Shown here piece by piece: positions 20,811-30,377 of a stretch of DNA of 64,000 nt. The stretch spans positions 1,803 to 65,802 of the forward strand of contig JAEXHR010000085.1 in the NCBI GenBank assembly GCA_023449855.1, given 5' to 3'. Positions within the stretch are counted from its first letter, which is position 1. Each line of letters begins with the position of its first letter. The position numbers were made by a program, and so were the translations under genes. The notes below the pieces were generated by a model, which was not told the origin of the DNA, made no database searches, and worked only from the letters and a program-made list of their open reading frames with translations. This DNA is from Pseudomonadota bacterium. GTDB taxonomy: Bacteria; Pseudomonadota; Alphaproteobacteria; Rhizobiales; Xanthobacteraceae.

Positions 20811-20843
20811 GTAGCCCGGATCAGGCTCAGCTATCCGGGCTAC
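20811..20843. repeat. Short GTAG-family hairpin between convergent genes (probable terminator role)
   Basis: GTAGCCCGGAT-caggctcagct-ATCCGGGCTAC, perfect 11-bp stem. Confidence 0.7.
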
Positions 20844-20846
20844 AGT

Positions 20847-22166
20847 TCAATAGGCCACCGATTGCGGGCGGCCGACCCCGCTATACAGGAAGCCGTTGCG
20901 GATCACTTCCTCGGGCGAATAGATGTTGCGGAGATCGACGATCACCGGACAGGCCATGATCGACGCCATCTCCTTCAGATCCAGCGCACGGAACTGCTCC
21001 CATTCGGTGACGATGGTCACCGCGTGGCTGCCACGCGCGCAATCATAGGCGCTCTCACAGAAGGTGACATTCTCGAACACCTTCTTGGCCTGCTCCATAC
21101 CGACGGGGTCGTAGATGCGTATCTCGGCGCCCATGTCCTGCAATGCGGTGATCAGCGGGATCGACGGCGCGTCGCGCATGTCATCGGTGTTCGGCTTGAA
21201 GGTGACGCCGAGAATGGCGATGGTCTTGCCACGCAAGTTGCCGCCAAAGGCATGCGCCACCTTGCGGGCCATCGCGCGCTTGCGCTGGTCGTTGACGGCG
21301 ACGACCGTCTCGACGATGCGCAGCGGGGCCTCATGGTCCTGGCCGGTCTTGATCAGCGCCAGCGTATCTTTCGGGAAACACGAGCCGCCATAGCCAGGGC
21401 CGGCATGCAGGAACTTCGCGCCGATGCGGTTGTCGAGCCCGATGCCGCGCGCGACTTCCTGCACGTTGGCGCCGACCTTCTCGGCGAGATCCGCGATCTC
21501 GTTGATGAAGGCCACTTTGGTGGCGAGAAAGGAATTCGCGGCGTATTTGGTGAGTTCCGCCGTGCGGCGATCGGTGTAGAGGATCGGTGACGCGTTGAGA
21601 TGCAGCGGGCGATAGACTTCCGCCATCACCTGCTTGGCGCGCGTATCGCTCGAACCGATCACGATGCGGTCCGGATGTTTGAAATCGCGGATCGCCGCGC
21701 CTTCGCGGAGAAACTCCGGATTTGAGACAACCGCGAACTCGGCGTCCGGATTTTCCTCGCGGATGATGCGCTCGACCTCGTCGCCGGTGCCGACCGGAAC
21801 GGTCGATTTGTTCACGACCACCGTGAATTTGGTGATCGATCTGGCGATCTCGCGGGCGGCCGCATAGACATAAGTGAGATCGGCATGACCGTCGCCGCGC
21901 CGCGACGGCGTGCCGACGGCGATGAACACGACCTCGGCGTCTCCCACCGCTTTGGTGATGTCGGTAACGAAATTCAGACGCTTCTGCTTCGCATTGCTGG
22001 CGACCAGCGCATCGAGGCCAGGCTCGTGAATCGGAATCTCGCCGCGATTGAGCGCATCAATCTTGCCCTGGTCAGTATCGACGCAGGTGACGTGATGGCC
22101 GAAGTCCGAAAAGCACGCACCTGACACCAGCCCGACATAGCCGGCGCCAATCATCGCAATTCGCAT
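20847..22166 (-). CDS. ugd: UDP-glucose 6-dehydrogenase
   Basis: IGAGYVGL, FIAVGTP, NKSTVPVGT, SNPEFLREG, KYAANSFLA, GYGGSCFPKD, FKPNTDDMRDAPS. Confidence 0.96.
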   Translation of the reverse strand: MRIAMIGAGYVGLVSGACFSDFGHHVTCVDTDQGKIDALNRGEIPIHEPGLDALVASNAKQKRLNFVTDITKAVGDAEVVFIAVGTPSRRGDGHADLTYVYAAAREIARSITKFTVVVNKSTVPVGTGDEVERIIREENPDAEFAVVSNPEFLREGAAIRDFKHPDRIVIGSSDTRAKQVMAEVYRPLHLNASPILYTDRRTAELTKYAANSFLATKVAFINEIADLAEKVGANVQEVARGIGLDNRIGAKFLHAGPGYGGSCFPKDTLALIKTGQDHEAPLRIVETVVAVNDQRKRAMARKVAHAFGGNLRGKTIAILGVTFKPNTDDMRDAPSIPLITALQDMGAEIRIYDPVGMEQAKKVFENVTFCESAYDCARGSHAVTIVTEWEQFRALDLKEMASIMACPVIVDLRNIYSPEEVIRNGFLYSGVGRPQSVAY

Positions 22167-22224
22167 TGCATGTCCTGTCTTTTATGGTCCGCGGTCAGAA
22201 CGACCCGGACGCCCCCATTTTTAG

Positions 22225-22272
22225 AGGCATGATCTGATCCGAAAACCGGTAGCACTTTTCGGGATCATGCCT
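22225..22272. repeat. Rhizobial GCATGATC...GATCATGC palindromic element (copy 2)
   Basis: aggcatgatctgatccgaaaaccggtagcacttttcgggatcatgcct. Confidence 0.75.
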
Positions 22273-22287
22273 TGATGCCGCGAGATC

Positions 22288-23079
22288 TCAGCTGCTGAGC
22301 ATCAGCTCCCCGTCGAGATGGCGCGGAAAGAAGAAGAAGTTGTTCACGTAGGATTGCCCGGGTTTGCGGCCACCATTGGGCAGAAGCGCATCGGGATCCT
22401 GCATTGTCCGGACATCGAAGAAATCCACGGGGACGATGTCGTCATCGGCGAGGAAATAGCCTCTGTAGTCCTTGGCCCCGAAGAAATCGAAAATCGACTT
22501 CGTCGCATCGGATCGATGGCGATCCTCGGCCTCGACGAGAAATACCGGCTGACAGCGATCGATCAGGCCGGTCGCGCCCTTCAGCACGCTGAGCTCATGC
22601 CCTTCCACATCGACTTTCACGAAAGCGACGTCGTCCTTCATCACGCCATCGAGCCGCGCCAGCGGTACATGGGCGGCGACGACATTGGTGGTGTTCGGCG
22701 CATGCGATGCTTCCAGCGAGGCAAGACCATGAACCAGCCCGTCTTCGCTCTGAGGAATATAGAGATCGGCATCGCCCTCATGATCCGACAATGCGATCTC
22801 GTGAATGCTGACATTCGATGCCGAGGTCCGGCGCAGCAGCGCGGCCATGTCATGAGACGGCTCGAAGGCATGAACCTTGCCCGACAGCCTGGCCAGCTTC
22901 TGGGTATAAAGCCCGACATTGGCGCCGACATCGACCGTGACGGCGCCGGCCGGCACGATCTTGTCGAGATAGTTCAGCTCGCGCTCGGCCGTTTTCGGCC
23001 GCTTCATGAAGCGCCAGCGCAGCCACATGGACGGGAACGTATCTTTCAGGATCTGCTTGGTTCGTTGCGTGGCGGTCAT
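22288..23079 (-). CDS. FkbM family SAM-dependent methyltransferase
   Basis: VDVGANVGLYT, VHAFEP, IALSD, FVKVDVEGHELSVLKGA. Alternative start GTG 23088. Confidence 0.9.
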   Translation of the reverse strand: MTATQRTKQILKDTFPSMWLRWRFMKRPKTAERELNYLDKIVPAGAVTVDVGANVGLYTQKLARLSGKVHAFEPSHDMAALLRRTSASNVSIHEIALSDHEGDADLYIPQSEDGLVHGLASLEASHAPNTTNVVAAHVPLARLDGVMKDDVAFVKVDVEGHELSVLKGATGLIDRCQPVFLVEAEDRHRSDATKSIFDFFGAKDYRGYFLADDDIVPVDFFDVRTMQDPDALLPNGGRKPGQSYVNNFFFFPRHLDGELMLSS

Positions 23080-23202
23080 CGCTGTCACCCTTCGTTCGAG
23101 GCAGTTTCGATCTGAAGAACGCCTGGATGCGCGGCAGCACTCATCGCGCAGCCGGACACATCCTTTCCGGTTACATCCTTCACGGACAGGCAGCCACTTG
23201 GG

Positions 23203-23970
23203 TCAGAATGCGTTGCCGGAAATGAATTCCTTGCGCACCGTCTGAACGATGATGCGGATGTCCCGCGCCATCGACCAGCTCGAGATGTAATCGAGATCGT
23301 AATCGATGCGGGCAATCGCCAGCTTGGGATCGACGGTGCTGCCACGGCAGCCACTGATCTGGGCGAGACCGGTGATCCCCGGACGCGCACTGTGGCGCTG
23401 GAAGTAATACGGCACGAGATCTTCATAGAGCATGTTGGCAGCCAGCATCCCCGGCACATGGGGGCGCGGCCCGACCAGTGACATGTCGCCCTTCAGCACA
23501 TTGATGAGCTGGGGGAGCTCGTCGAAGCTCGTCTTGCGCAGGATCTTGCCGATCTTCGTTACGCGCGCGTCACCCTGCACCGTCTGCTGGACACCAAGCT
23601 TGTCGCCGAGATCGCTCCGCATCGAGCGGAACTTGTAGATCTTGAAGGTGCGGTTGCGGTAGCCGTAGCGATACTGCGTAAAGAATACCGGCCCAGGCGA
23701 CGTCGCCTTGATGATCGCGGCGACGACCAGAAAGAAGGGCAGGAAGAACAGCAGCGCCGAGCCCGATGCCGTGACGTCGAACAACCGTTTGGTGATGGAG
23801 GCCGACGGTTCGCGCCGGACGATCGCCTTGCGACGACCGCGATAGGCGCTGCTGCCATAGGTTCCGTAGCCACCGGCGAGTTCCACCGGGCGCATCGAGA
23901 TAAGCTGTTGCCCTTTCCAGAGCGGAGTCACTTTGCTTCGTTCGAGACCAACTGAAACAGTAGAGACCAT
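23203..23970 (-). CDS. Priming phosphoglycosyl transferase (bacterial sugar transferase; short ExoY/PssA-type)
   Basis: KRLFDV, PGPVFFTQ.R.G, F.IYKFRSM, RVTKIG.ILRKTSFDELPQLINVLKGDMSLVGPRP, RPGITGLAQ. Start ATG 23970 (GGAG) or 23895. Confidence 0.9.
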   Translation of the reverse strand: MVSTVSVGLERSKVTPLWKGQQLISMRPVELAGGYGTYGSSAYRGRRKAIVRREPSASITKRLFDVTASGSALLFFLPFFLVVAAIIKATSPGPVFFTQYRYGYRNRTFKIYKFRSMRSDLGDKLGVQQTVQGDARVTKIGKILRKTSFDELPQLINVLKGDMSLVGPRPHVPGMLAANMLYEDLVPYYFQRHSARPGITGLAQISGCRGSTVDPKLAIARIDYDLDYISSWSMARDIRIIVQTVRKEFISGNAF

Positions 23971-24613
23971 TTGGTTGACGCTCCCTGCTGGAACTTTGGT
24001 GGGTAATCTCTCCTCAGCGCGGGCGACGTGACACACAACTAGTTCGTCAGCATCATGGCATTCGCTGATGCGAATGCTCACAAATGCCCTGCCCCACACT
24101 TCGAATAGCTTTCGCCAGTGAAGTTCCTTTAACTCTTTGCGCGAATTGGGGCCGCAAAGCGGTATTGGCGTGCATGAGTTTGCAGCACGACGCATGCGCA
24201 AGATTGTGCGGCGCGAAAAATTCTGTGTGGGAAAAAGCGCTTAGCAATTTATGACTGCCTTGCGCTGCGTTCGCTTCGGGGCAGCCATGCAAAAATCTGG
24301 CAGAACATTGTGCTCGAAATTCTCATCGCGCATTCGCGCGAACCGGTGCATGATTTCGTTCATCACGTTCGAGGTGAAACCGTGATGGCTGCGATTCGAA
24401 CGTGATTTTTCATCGAATGCTAAACAGCCCGGCATTAGGTGCCGCGTACCAACAGTAATTTTCAGTCGGACATCGTCGGTTACGACCATGGCGTTGAGGC
24501 GGACCACACAGACCCACACAACGGAAGCGCGGCTCCTCGTGCTGCCTGATCGTGCCGATGCGTTGCGTGCCGATGCGATGAGCGGCTTCGCACCACAAAC
24601 GGACGAGGCTGTC

Positions 24614-24736
24614 ATGGATCAGTCGCTCTCCGATCCCACGCACAGCGCCAATCGCAAGCTGCGTTATCTTATCATTCTTGCGACGGCGCTTGCTTGGCTC
24701 GCCATTATTACCTCCGTCCGATTCTTTTTCTTCTAG
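24614..24736 (+). CDS. Small single-TM protein, 40 aa
   Basis: GAGG RBS + ATG 24614; MDQSLSDPTHSANRKLRYLIILATALAWLAIITSVRFFFF. Confidence 0.5.
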   Translation: MDQSLSDPTHSANRKLRYLIILATALAWLAIITSVRFFFF

Positions 24737-24862
24737 ATCGCAGACCCGCTCCGCCGCCGGGTTCATCCATGAGTCTGCCGCCGACATTGTCGCCACACCA
24801 CTAGATGGTGTGTGGGCGATTGAAATTGACCGCAGCAAGTTCCCCGTCATAGTTTGACGATC

Positions 24863-25597
24863 ATGCCGCGTCGCCCTTCTTCATATCAGCGCCCAAGCAA
24901 GGCGGCGCTGCCGCCCAAGACACGCATCTATGCCATCGGTGACATCCATGGCCGCGCCGATCTCCTGCAAGAGGTGATCCATCGTATCGATGAAGATATC
25001 GAACGCCGGCCGATCGCTTTCGCCGGCGAGGTCTATGTCGGCGACTACATCGATCGTGGCGCGGATTCGAAAGGTGTGATCGATCTATTGGCAGTACGCA
25101 TGGTGCAAAACCATGCAATCTGCCTGCGCGGGAACCATGAAGCACTGATGGAGGAGTTCCTCTACGACAATCCTGCTGTGCTCGATGGCTGGATTCAGCT
25201 TGGCGGTCTCGCCACATTGGCGTCCTATGGCATCGCATCGACACGCGGTCAGACTGCAGACGACATGCAACACGCGCTCCGCGCGGCCTTGCCGACCACA
25301 CACCAACTTTTTTTGCGTTGCCTGCGGAACAATATTCGCTGCGGAGACTTCCTGTTCGTTCACGCTGGTATTCGTCCGGGCGTGCGTTTCGATGCTCAAG
25401 ACCCGAACGATCTGATGTGGATTCGCGACGAGTTCCTGAATTCCACCGCAGATCATGGTCTCTATGTCGTGCACGGTCACACACCGGTTCCACACGCGGA
25501 TATTCGCGACAATCGTGCGAATATCGATACCGGTGCCTGGCGTAGCGGCGTGCTCACTTGTGTTGCGATCGAGGGCACGGAGATCATGGTTCTGTAG
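24863..25597 (+). CDS. PPP-family metallophosphoesterase (PrpA/ApaH/lambda-phosphatase-like)
   Basis: IGDIHG, GDYIDRG, LRGNHE, FVHAG, VVHGHTP, IDTGA. Confidence 0.9.
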   Translation: MPRRPSSYQRPSKAALPPKTRIYAIGDIHGRADLLQEVIHRIDEDIERRPIAFAGEVYVGDYIDRGADSKGVIDLLAVRMVQNHAICLRGNHEALMEEFLYDNPAVLDGWIQLGGLATLASYGIASTRGQTADDMQHALRAALPTTHQLFLRCLRNNIRCGDFLFVHAGIRPGVRFDAQDPNDLMWIRDEFLNSTADHGLYVVHGHTPVPHADIRDNRANIDTGAWRSGVLTCVAIEGTEIMVL

Positions 25598-25745
25598 CAG
25601 AGTGTGGAAATACGATCGCGCGGCGCGATTACTGACGCTACAGCGACGTCAAACTTTCTTTCGCCGTTTTTAACCGGACAGTTCGCCATCAAATGTCATC
25701 GAACTCGTGCAGATGACTTGAGTGGTACTTTGTTGGGGGTCTGTC

Positions 25746-26324
25746 ATGTCATCGTTTCGCCGGTTGTCCGGTCTACTTGTCCTGTCCTTGCTCACGCTTG
25801 GTGCAATCATCGCCAATGCGCCGAGCGTTTCAGCACAACAACGCCTCTCCGCTGCCTCGCCTTCGGGCGCCTATATCCTCGGCCCGACCGATCGCGTTCG
25901 CCTCAAAGTCTATGGCGAGCCTGATATCACCGGCGAATATGAAGTCGACGCCAATGGTAATGTATCGGTTCCGCTGGCCGGTCAGGTGAAAGCGGCAGGG
26001 CTCACCACCAAGCAACTCGAGCGCAGTATCACTTCGGCTCTGGCCAAAGGCATCGTCAGGGACCCACGCGTCAGTGTGGAAATGGTCGCGTATCGCCCCT
26101 TCTACATTCTCGGCGAAGTGAAGAAGAGCGGCGAATATCCGTATCGAGTCGGCCTGACCGTTCTCGACGCTGTCGCTACCGCCGGCGGATACACCTATCG
26201 GGCCAACGAGAACAAAGTCTATCTACGTCGCGCAGGTTCGGCGGTCGAAGAGATCTATCCCATGGATGCGCCGGTTCTCCTTTATCCCGGAGACAATGTG
26301 CGTGTTCCCGAGCGATATTTCTAA
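25746..26324 (+). CDS. Short polysaccharide export (OPX/Wza-family) protein: Poly_export + SLBB
   Basis: Sec signal; YILGPTDRVRLKVYGEPDITGEYEVD..GNVSVPLAG.VKAAGLT, YRPFYILGEV, AGGYTYRA, PGDNVRVPERYF. Confidence 0.9.
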   Translation: MSSFRRLSGLLVLSLLTLGAIIANAPSVSAQQRLSAASPSGAYILGPTDRVRLKVYGEPDITGEYEVDANGNVSVPLAGQVKAAGLTTKQLERSITSALAKGIVRDPRVSVEMVAYRPFYILGEVKKSGEYPYRVGLTVLDAVATAGGYTYRANENKVYLRRAGSAVEEIYPMDAPVLLYPGDNVRVPERYF

Positions 26325-26728
26325 ATCTCATCTCATTCTCACCACTCTGTCTTGATGAGTGAGAGCGCTTGACCGCGACATCCCCTGCTTCGGTGTTGCG
26401 TTGCCATAGTCTCGTCTCTTTGCGCTGCGTAATCTTGTGCAGTGCGACGAACTTTAGTTCGCACGCCACGTTGTCACGAGCTTGGGGGACGTTTCATCAA
26501 ACGTGAGTTGAGCGTGTGTGCTAGCGGGGGCGCTTCATTCACCAAAGCCTTGCCGGTTTTGCAGGCTTCGCGGTGAATTTCTGAGCGGCAATCGAGTCTC
26601 GACAACGATTATTCGATCGCGAAGGACGGAAATGCCTTCGCAAGGGATGTATGATGAAATGTTCGCCGGCATCATCGGTAGCTGATGCGATCGCCGCGCG
26701 CAGGCATGCGCTCCGATCGATGGCCGCC

Positions 26729-28090
26729 ATGCGTCATGCCCGGCGCTTCGCGCCATGGTCAGCAACTGCGGTACTGCTCGGCATCGCGTCCCCTGCGGGT
26801 GCGCAGGCGATCCAGAACACCATGGATCCCCTGGGTGCGCCATGGAATGCCCAGCGCATCTTCGAGCCATCCGCCCTGCCGCAACTCGAACATCGGGACG
26901 CCCGCGACAACGATATCGAGCCGGTAGCGCCCGAAGACACGCCTGTGAAGGGGCGACAGCATCCGGGTTATGAGCCGGTCGGTATCCGCTCGGGGTCGTG
27001 GATGTTCAATCCTTCGTTGATGACCGGCGCGCTCTATGACAGCAATGTATTTGCGTCGAACACGCAGAAGAACTCGGACATCGCGGCCACGATCGAGCCA
27101 AGCCTGCGCGCCTACACGCTGTGGGAGCGCCATGGCATCGATCTCAAGCTGAATTCGCAGACCACGGTCTATAACCAGTATTCCAGCCTCGACCAGACCA
27201 ATGCGAGCCTCAAGGGCGCGGGCTGGTTCGATGTTGCCCATGACATGGTCGTGCTCGGCAGCTTCCAGATCGCGCATCTGAACGAAGGCGTGGGATCGTT
27301 GAGTTCGCCAACCAATGCGATCACACCGACACCTTATAATCTGTTCTCCGGTGACCTCACGGTGCGCAAGGAATGGGGTCGGCTGACCGGCTCGGTGGGC
27401 GCACGCGTCGACTCCTATGAATTCGGCACCGCGCGCGCGCAGGATGGCAGCATCATCGACCAGAGCGCCCGCGACGGCCAGATCTATGCGGTGCACGGCC
27501 GGATCGATTACGCCTTCTCGCCGTCGCTCGGCTGGTTCGCCGGCGCCGAGGGGAATCAACGCGATCTGCGCGGCATTCCCGGTTCGTCCATCGATTCCAC
27601 CGGCTATCGCGTTCTGTCAGGCTTCACCGTCGGTCTCGGCCGTCTGGTGAAAGGTGAGTTCGGCGGCGGCTATGTGGAGCAGCGCTTCGACAATCCGCTG
27701 ATCGGCACGGTCTCCGGCCCCTCCTATCGCGCCAAGTTGACCTGGAGCCCGACGCGGATGCTCGACATCCATGTCAAGGCCGAGCAGCTGGTGACGCAGA
27801 CCTCGGACACCAGCTCCACCGGCGTGCTGGCCAATGCGGTGCAGATCGGCGCCGACTACGAGCTGCTGCGCAATGTCGTACTGTCGGCGTCCGCCGGCTA
27901 CGAGGTCGACAACTTCTTCGGCCAGGACCGCCGCGACACGGTCACCTCGACCAATGCCAGCGTCAAATATCTGATGAACCGGTTCAGCGCGATCTCTGCC
28001 TATCACCGCTACACATCGCGCCAGAGCAACACGCCGCTGTTCAGCTATGACAAGCACCAGGTAGGGATCAATGTTACAGCGCAATTTTGA
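26729..28090 (+). CDS. Outer-membrane beta-barrel protein of EPS loci (BBP2-like)
   Basis: Signal peptide ending AGA-Q; YDSNVFA, alternating amphipathic strands, C-terminal VGINVTAQF (BAM-type terminal Phe). Start uncertain (26651-26729). Confidence 0.85.
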   Translation: MRHARRFAPWSATAVLLGIASPAGAQAIQNTMDPLGAPWNAQRIFEPSALPQLEHRDARDNDIEPVAPEDTPVKGRQHPGYEPVGIRSGSWMFNPSLMTGALYDSNVFASNTQKNSDIAATIEPSLRAYTLWERHGIDLKLNSQTTVYNQYSSLDQTNASLKGAGWFDVAHDMVVLGSFQIAHLNEGVGSLSSPTNAITPTPYNLFSGDLTVRKEWGRLTGSVGARVDSYEFGTARAQDGSIIDQSARDGQIYAVHGRIDYAFSPSLGWFAGAEGNQRDLRGIPGSSIDSTGYRVLSGFTVGLGRLVKGEFGGGYVEQRFDNPLIGTVSGPSYRAKLTWSPTRMLDIHVKAEQLVTQTSDTSSTGVLANAVQIGADYELLRNVVLSASAGYEVDNFFGQDRRDTVTSTNASVKYLMNRFSAISAYHRYTSRQSNTPLFSYDKHQVGINVTAQF

Positions 28091-30377
28091 TCAAGCCTAT
28101 CCTGCCGCGGATCCCGTGCCGACATCGGTGGAAGGATGGAAGGCGCCGACCGTCGATCTGCGCGAGATGGCCCGCATCCTGCGCCGCCGCTGGCGCGCGG
28201 TCGTCGCGCCGGCCGCTGGGCTCGGCGCCGTTGCCATTACCTATATCCTGATGGCGACGACGCTCTATACGGCGAATTCGACCGTGCTGGTCGATCCCCG
28301 TCGCGCCACCATGATCGAGACCAATCAGACGACGCCGACCAATATCGGCACCGACGATGCGACGATCGAAAGCCAGGCGCTGCTGATCCAGTCGGTCGCC
28401 ACGGTGCAGCGCGTGGTCGATCGGCTGAAGCTGACCGAGGATATCGAGTTCATCCCGAAGCCCGGCCTGCTCGATCCCATCAAGAGCCTGTTCAAGAGTT
28501 CAGGCCAGTCCGGCGGACTCAGCGCCGAGGAGATCGCACGCGCCAATGCCGTGGACATCCTGCAGCAGCGCATGAAGGTGACACGCCAGGGAACCACATT
28601 CCTGGTCGATATCGCCGTGAGCTCGGAATCGCCGAGCAAGGCGGCAACCATCGCCAATGCCGTTGCATCCGCCTATTTCGACGAGCAGGTCCGCGCCAAG
28701 ACCGATGCGAACAAGATCGCCGCCAAATGGCTCGGCGGCCAGATCGACGATCTCAAGAATCGCGTGGTGGTGTCCGAGAAGGCTGTCGCCGACTATCGCG
28801 CCGCCAACAATCTGTCGGTGGCACAAGGCGTCACCGTCAATGACCAGCAGATCACCGACCTCAACAACAAGCTGATCGCCGCCCGCGTGCAGACCGCCGA
28901 GGCGCGCGCGAAATATGACCAGGTTCAGCAGCTCGCCAAGTCCGGCGCCGATGCGGGCGGGCTGAATGCCGCCGTCTCCTCGGACATGGTGAGCAAGCTG
29001 CGCACGCAATATGCCGATATCGCCAAGAACGACGCCGACCTGACCAGCAAATACGGCCCGCGCCATCCCCTGGTCGCAAATGTGCGCGCCCAGTTGAAGG
29101 ATACACAGAAGCTCATCAATGAAGAGCTGCGGCGCATCATCGAGAGCACCAAGCACGACTACGAGGTCGCGCAATCGCGCGAGGCCTCGCTGCAGGACAG
29201 TTTCGACAAGCTGCAGGGCGTCTCGACGACCTCGGGCCAGGCCCTTGTGCGCCTGCATGAATTGCAGCGCGAGGCCGAGGCCAATCGCACGCTCTATGAA
29301 TCCTATCTCGCGCGCTCCAAGGAGACCACGGCACAGGAAAGCCTGGAGCTGCCGGATTCGCGCATCGTTTCCATGGCCAGCGTGCCGCTGTTCCCGTCCG
29401 CGCCGAAGTCCAAGCTCATTCTCGGCCTCGCTCTCCTGCTCGGCCTCGGCGCCGGCACCGTGCTGGCATTCCTGATCGACTATCTCGACGGCAAGATCAA
29501 AACGCTGGAACAGATGGAGACGATCGCCGGTGTGCCGGCCCTCGCCGCGCTGCCGGCCATTGGCGCGCGCGAACTCGCCACCCGCGCCAAGCGCGGCCGT
29601 GCCGAGCTCGGAAATTACGATCCGCGCACCATGCGCCTGTTGCCGCCATCCTTGCAGCCGCCACTGATGCGCTATGCCATCGAAGAGCCCGGCACTTTCT
29701 TCGCCGAAGCGATCCGCGCCGTACGCCTGTCGATCCAGCGGGCGCGCAAGGTCGCGCCGGTCAAGATCGTGCTGGTGACATCCGGCCTCGAGAGCGAAGG
29801 CAAGACGACATTCGCGGGCAATCTCGCGCTTTCCATCGCCACGCTCGGCATCAAGACCCTGCTGATCGATGCCGATCTGCGCAATCCCGGCATGACCCGT
29901 GCGCTCTGCCCCAATGCCGATGCGGGCCTGTTCCAGGTCGCCACCGGCGAAGTGCCACTCGAGCATGCGCTGCTGTTCGATCGCTCCAGCGGCCTGTCGA
30001 TCCTGCCGTCGCCCGCCGTGAAGGATGTCGATGTCATCACCGAGCTGATGTTCTCGGAACAGATGGTCGAGATTCTCGAGCGCCTCAAGTCGCATTACGA
30101 GCTGATCATCATCGACTCGCCGCCTCTCATTCCCTTGGTCGACGGCCGCGCGCTGGCCGAACTCGCCGACCGGATCCTGCTCGCCACCGCCTGGGACAGG
30201 ACGCCGCGCGAGGTCGTGCAGCACACGATGGAGCTGCTGGCGCCCGTGCACGATCGCATCCTCGGCACGGTGCTGACCCAGGTCGACCTCTCCAAGATCC
30301 GCTTCTACGACTATTATCGCAGCTCGGCCTACCTCAAGCCTTATGGTGTCCCCGCAACCGCGGGAGCCAGCCGGTGA
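28071..30377 (+). CDS. Wzc/ExoP/GumC polysaccharide co-polymerase with BY-kinase domain
   Basis: Two TM segments around a coiled-coil; KYGPRHP; EGKTT, LLIDADLRNP, IIIDSPP; C-terminal Tyr cluster FYDYYRSSAYLKPY. Confidence 0.92.
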   Translation: MLQRNFDQAYPAADPVPTSVEGWKAPTVDLREMARILRRRWRAVVAPAAGLGAVAITYILMATTLYTANSTVLVDPRRATMIETNQTTPTNIGTDDATIESQALLIQSVATVQRVVDRLKLTEDIEFIPKPGLLDPIKSLFKSSGQSGGLSAEEIARANAVDILQQRMKVTRQGTTFLVDIAVSSESPSKAATIANAVASAYFDEQVRAKTDANKIAAKWLGGQIDDLKNRVVVSEKAVADYRAANNLSVAQGVTVNDQQITDLNNKLIAARVQTAEARAKYDQVQQLAKSGADAGGLNAAVSSDMVSKLRTQYADIAKNDADLTSKYGPRHPLVANVRAQLKDTQKLINEELRRIIESTKHDYEVAQSREASLQDSFDKLQGVSTTSGQALVRLHELQREAEANRTLYESYLARSKETTAQESLELPDSRIVSMASVPLFPSAPKSKLILGLALLLGLGAGTVLAFLIDYLDGKIKTLEQMETIAGVPALAALPAIGARELATRAKRGRAELGNYDPRTMRLLPPSLQPPLMRYAIEEPGTFFAEAIRAVRLSIQRARKVAPVKIVLVTSGLESEGKTTFAGNLALSIATLGIKTLLIDADLRNPGMTRALCPNADAGLFQVATGEVPLEHALLFDRSSGLSILPSPAVKDVDVITELMFSEQMVEILERLKSHYELIIIDSPPLIPLVDGRALAELADRILLATAWDRTPREVVQHTMELLAPVHDRILGTVLTQVDLSKIRFYDYYRSSAYLKPYGVPATAGASR

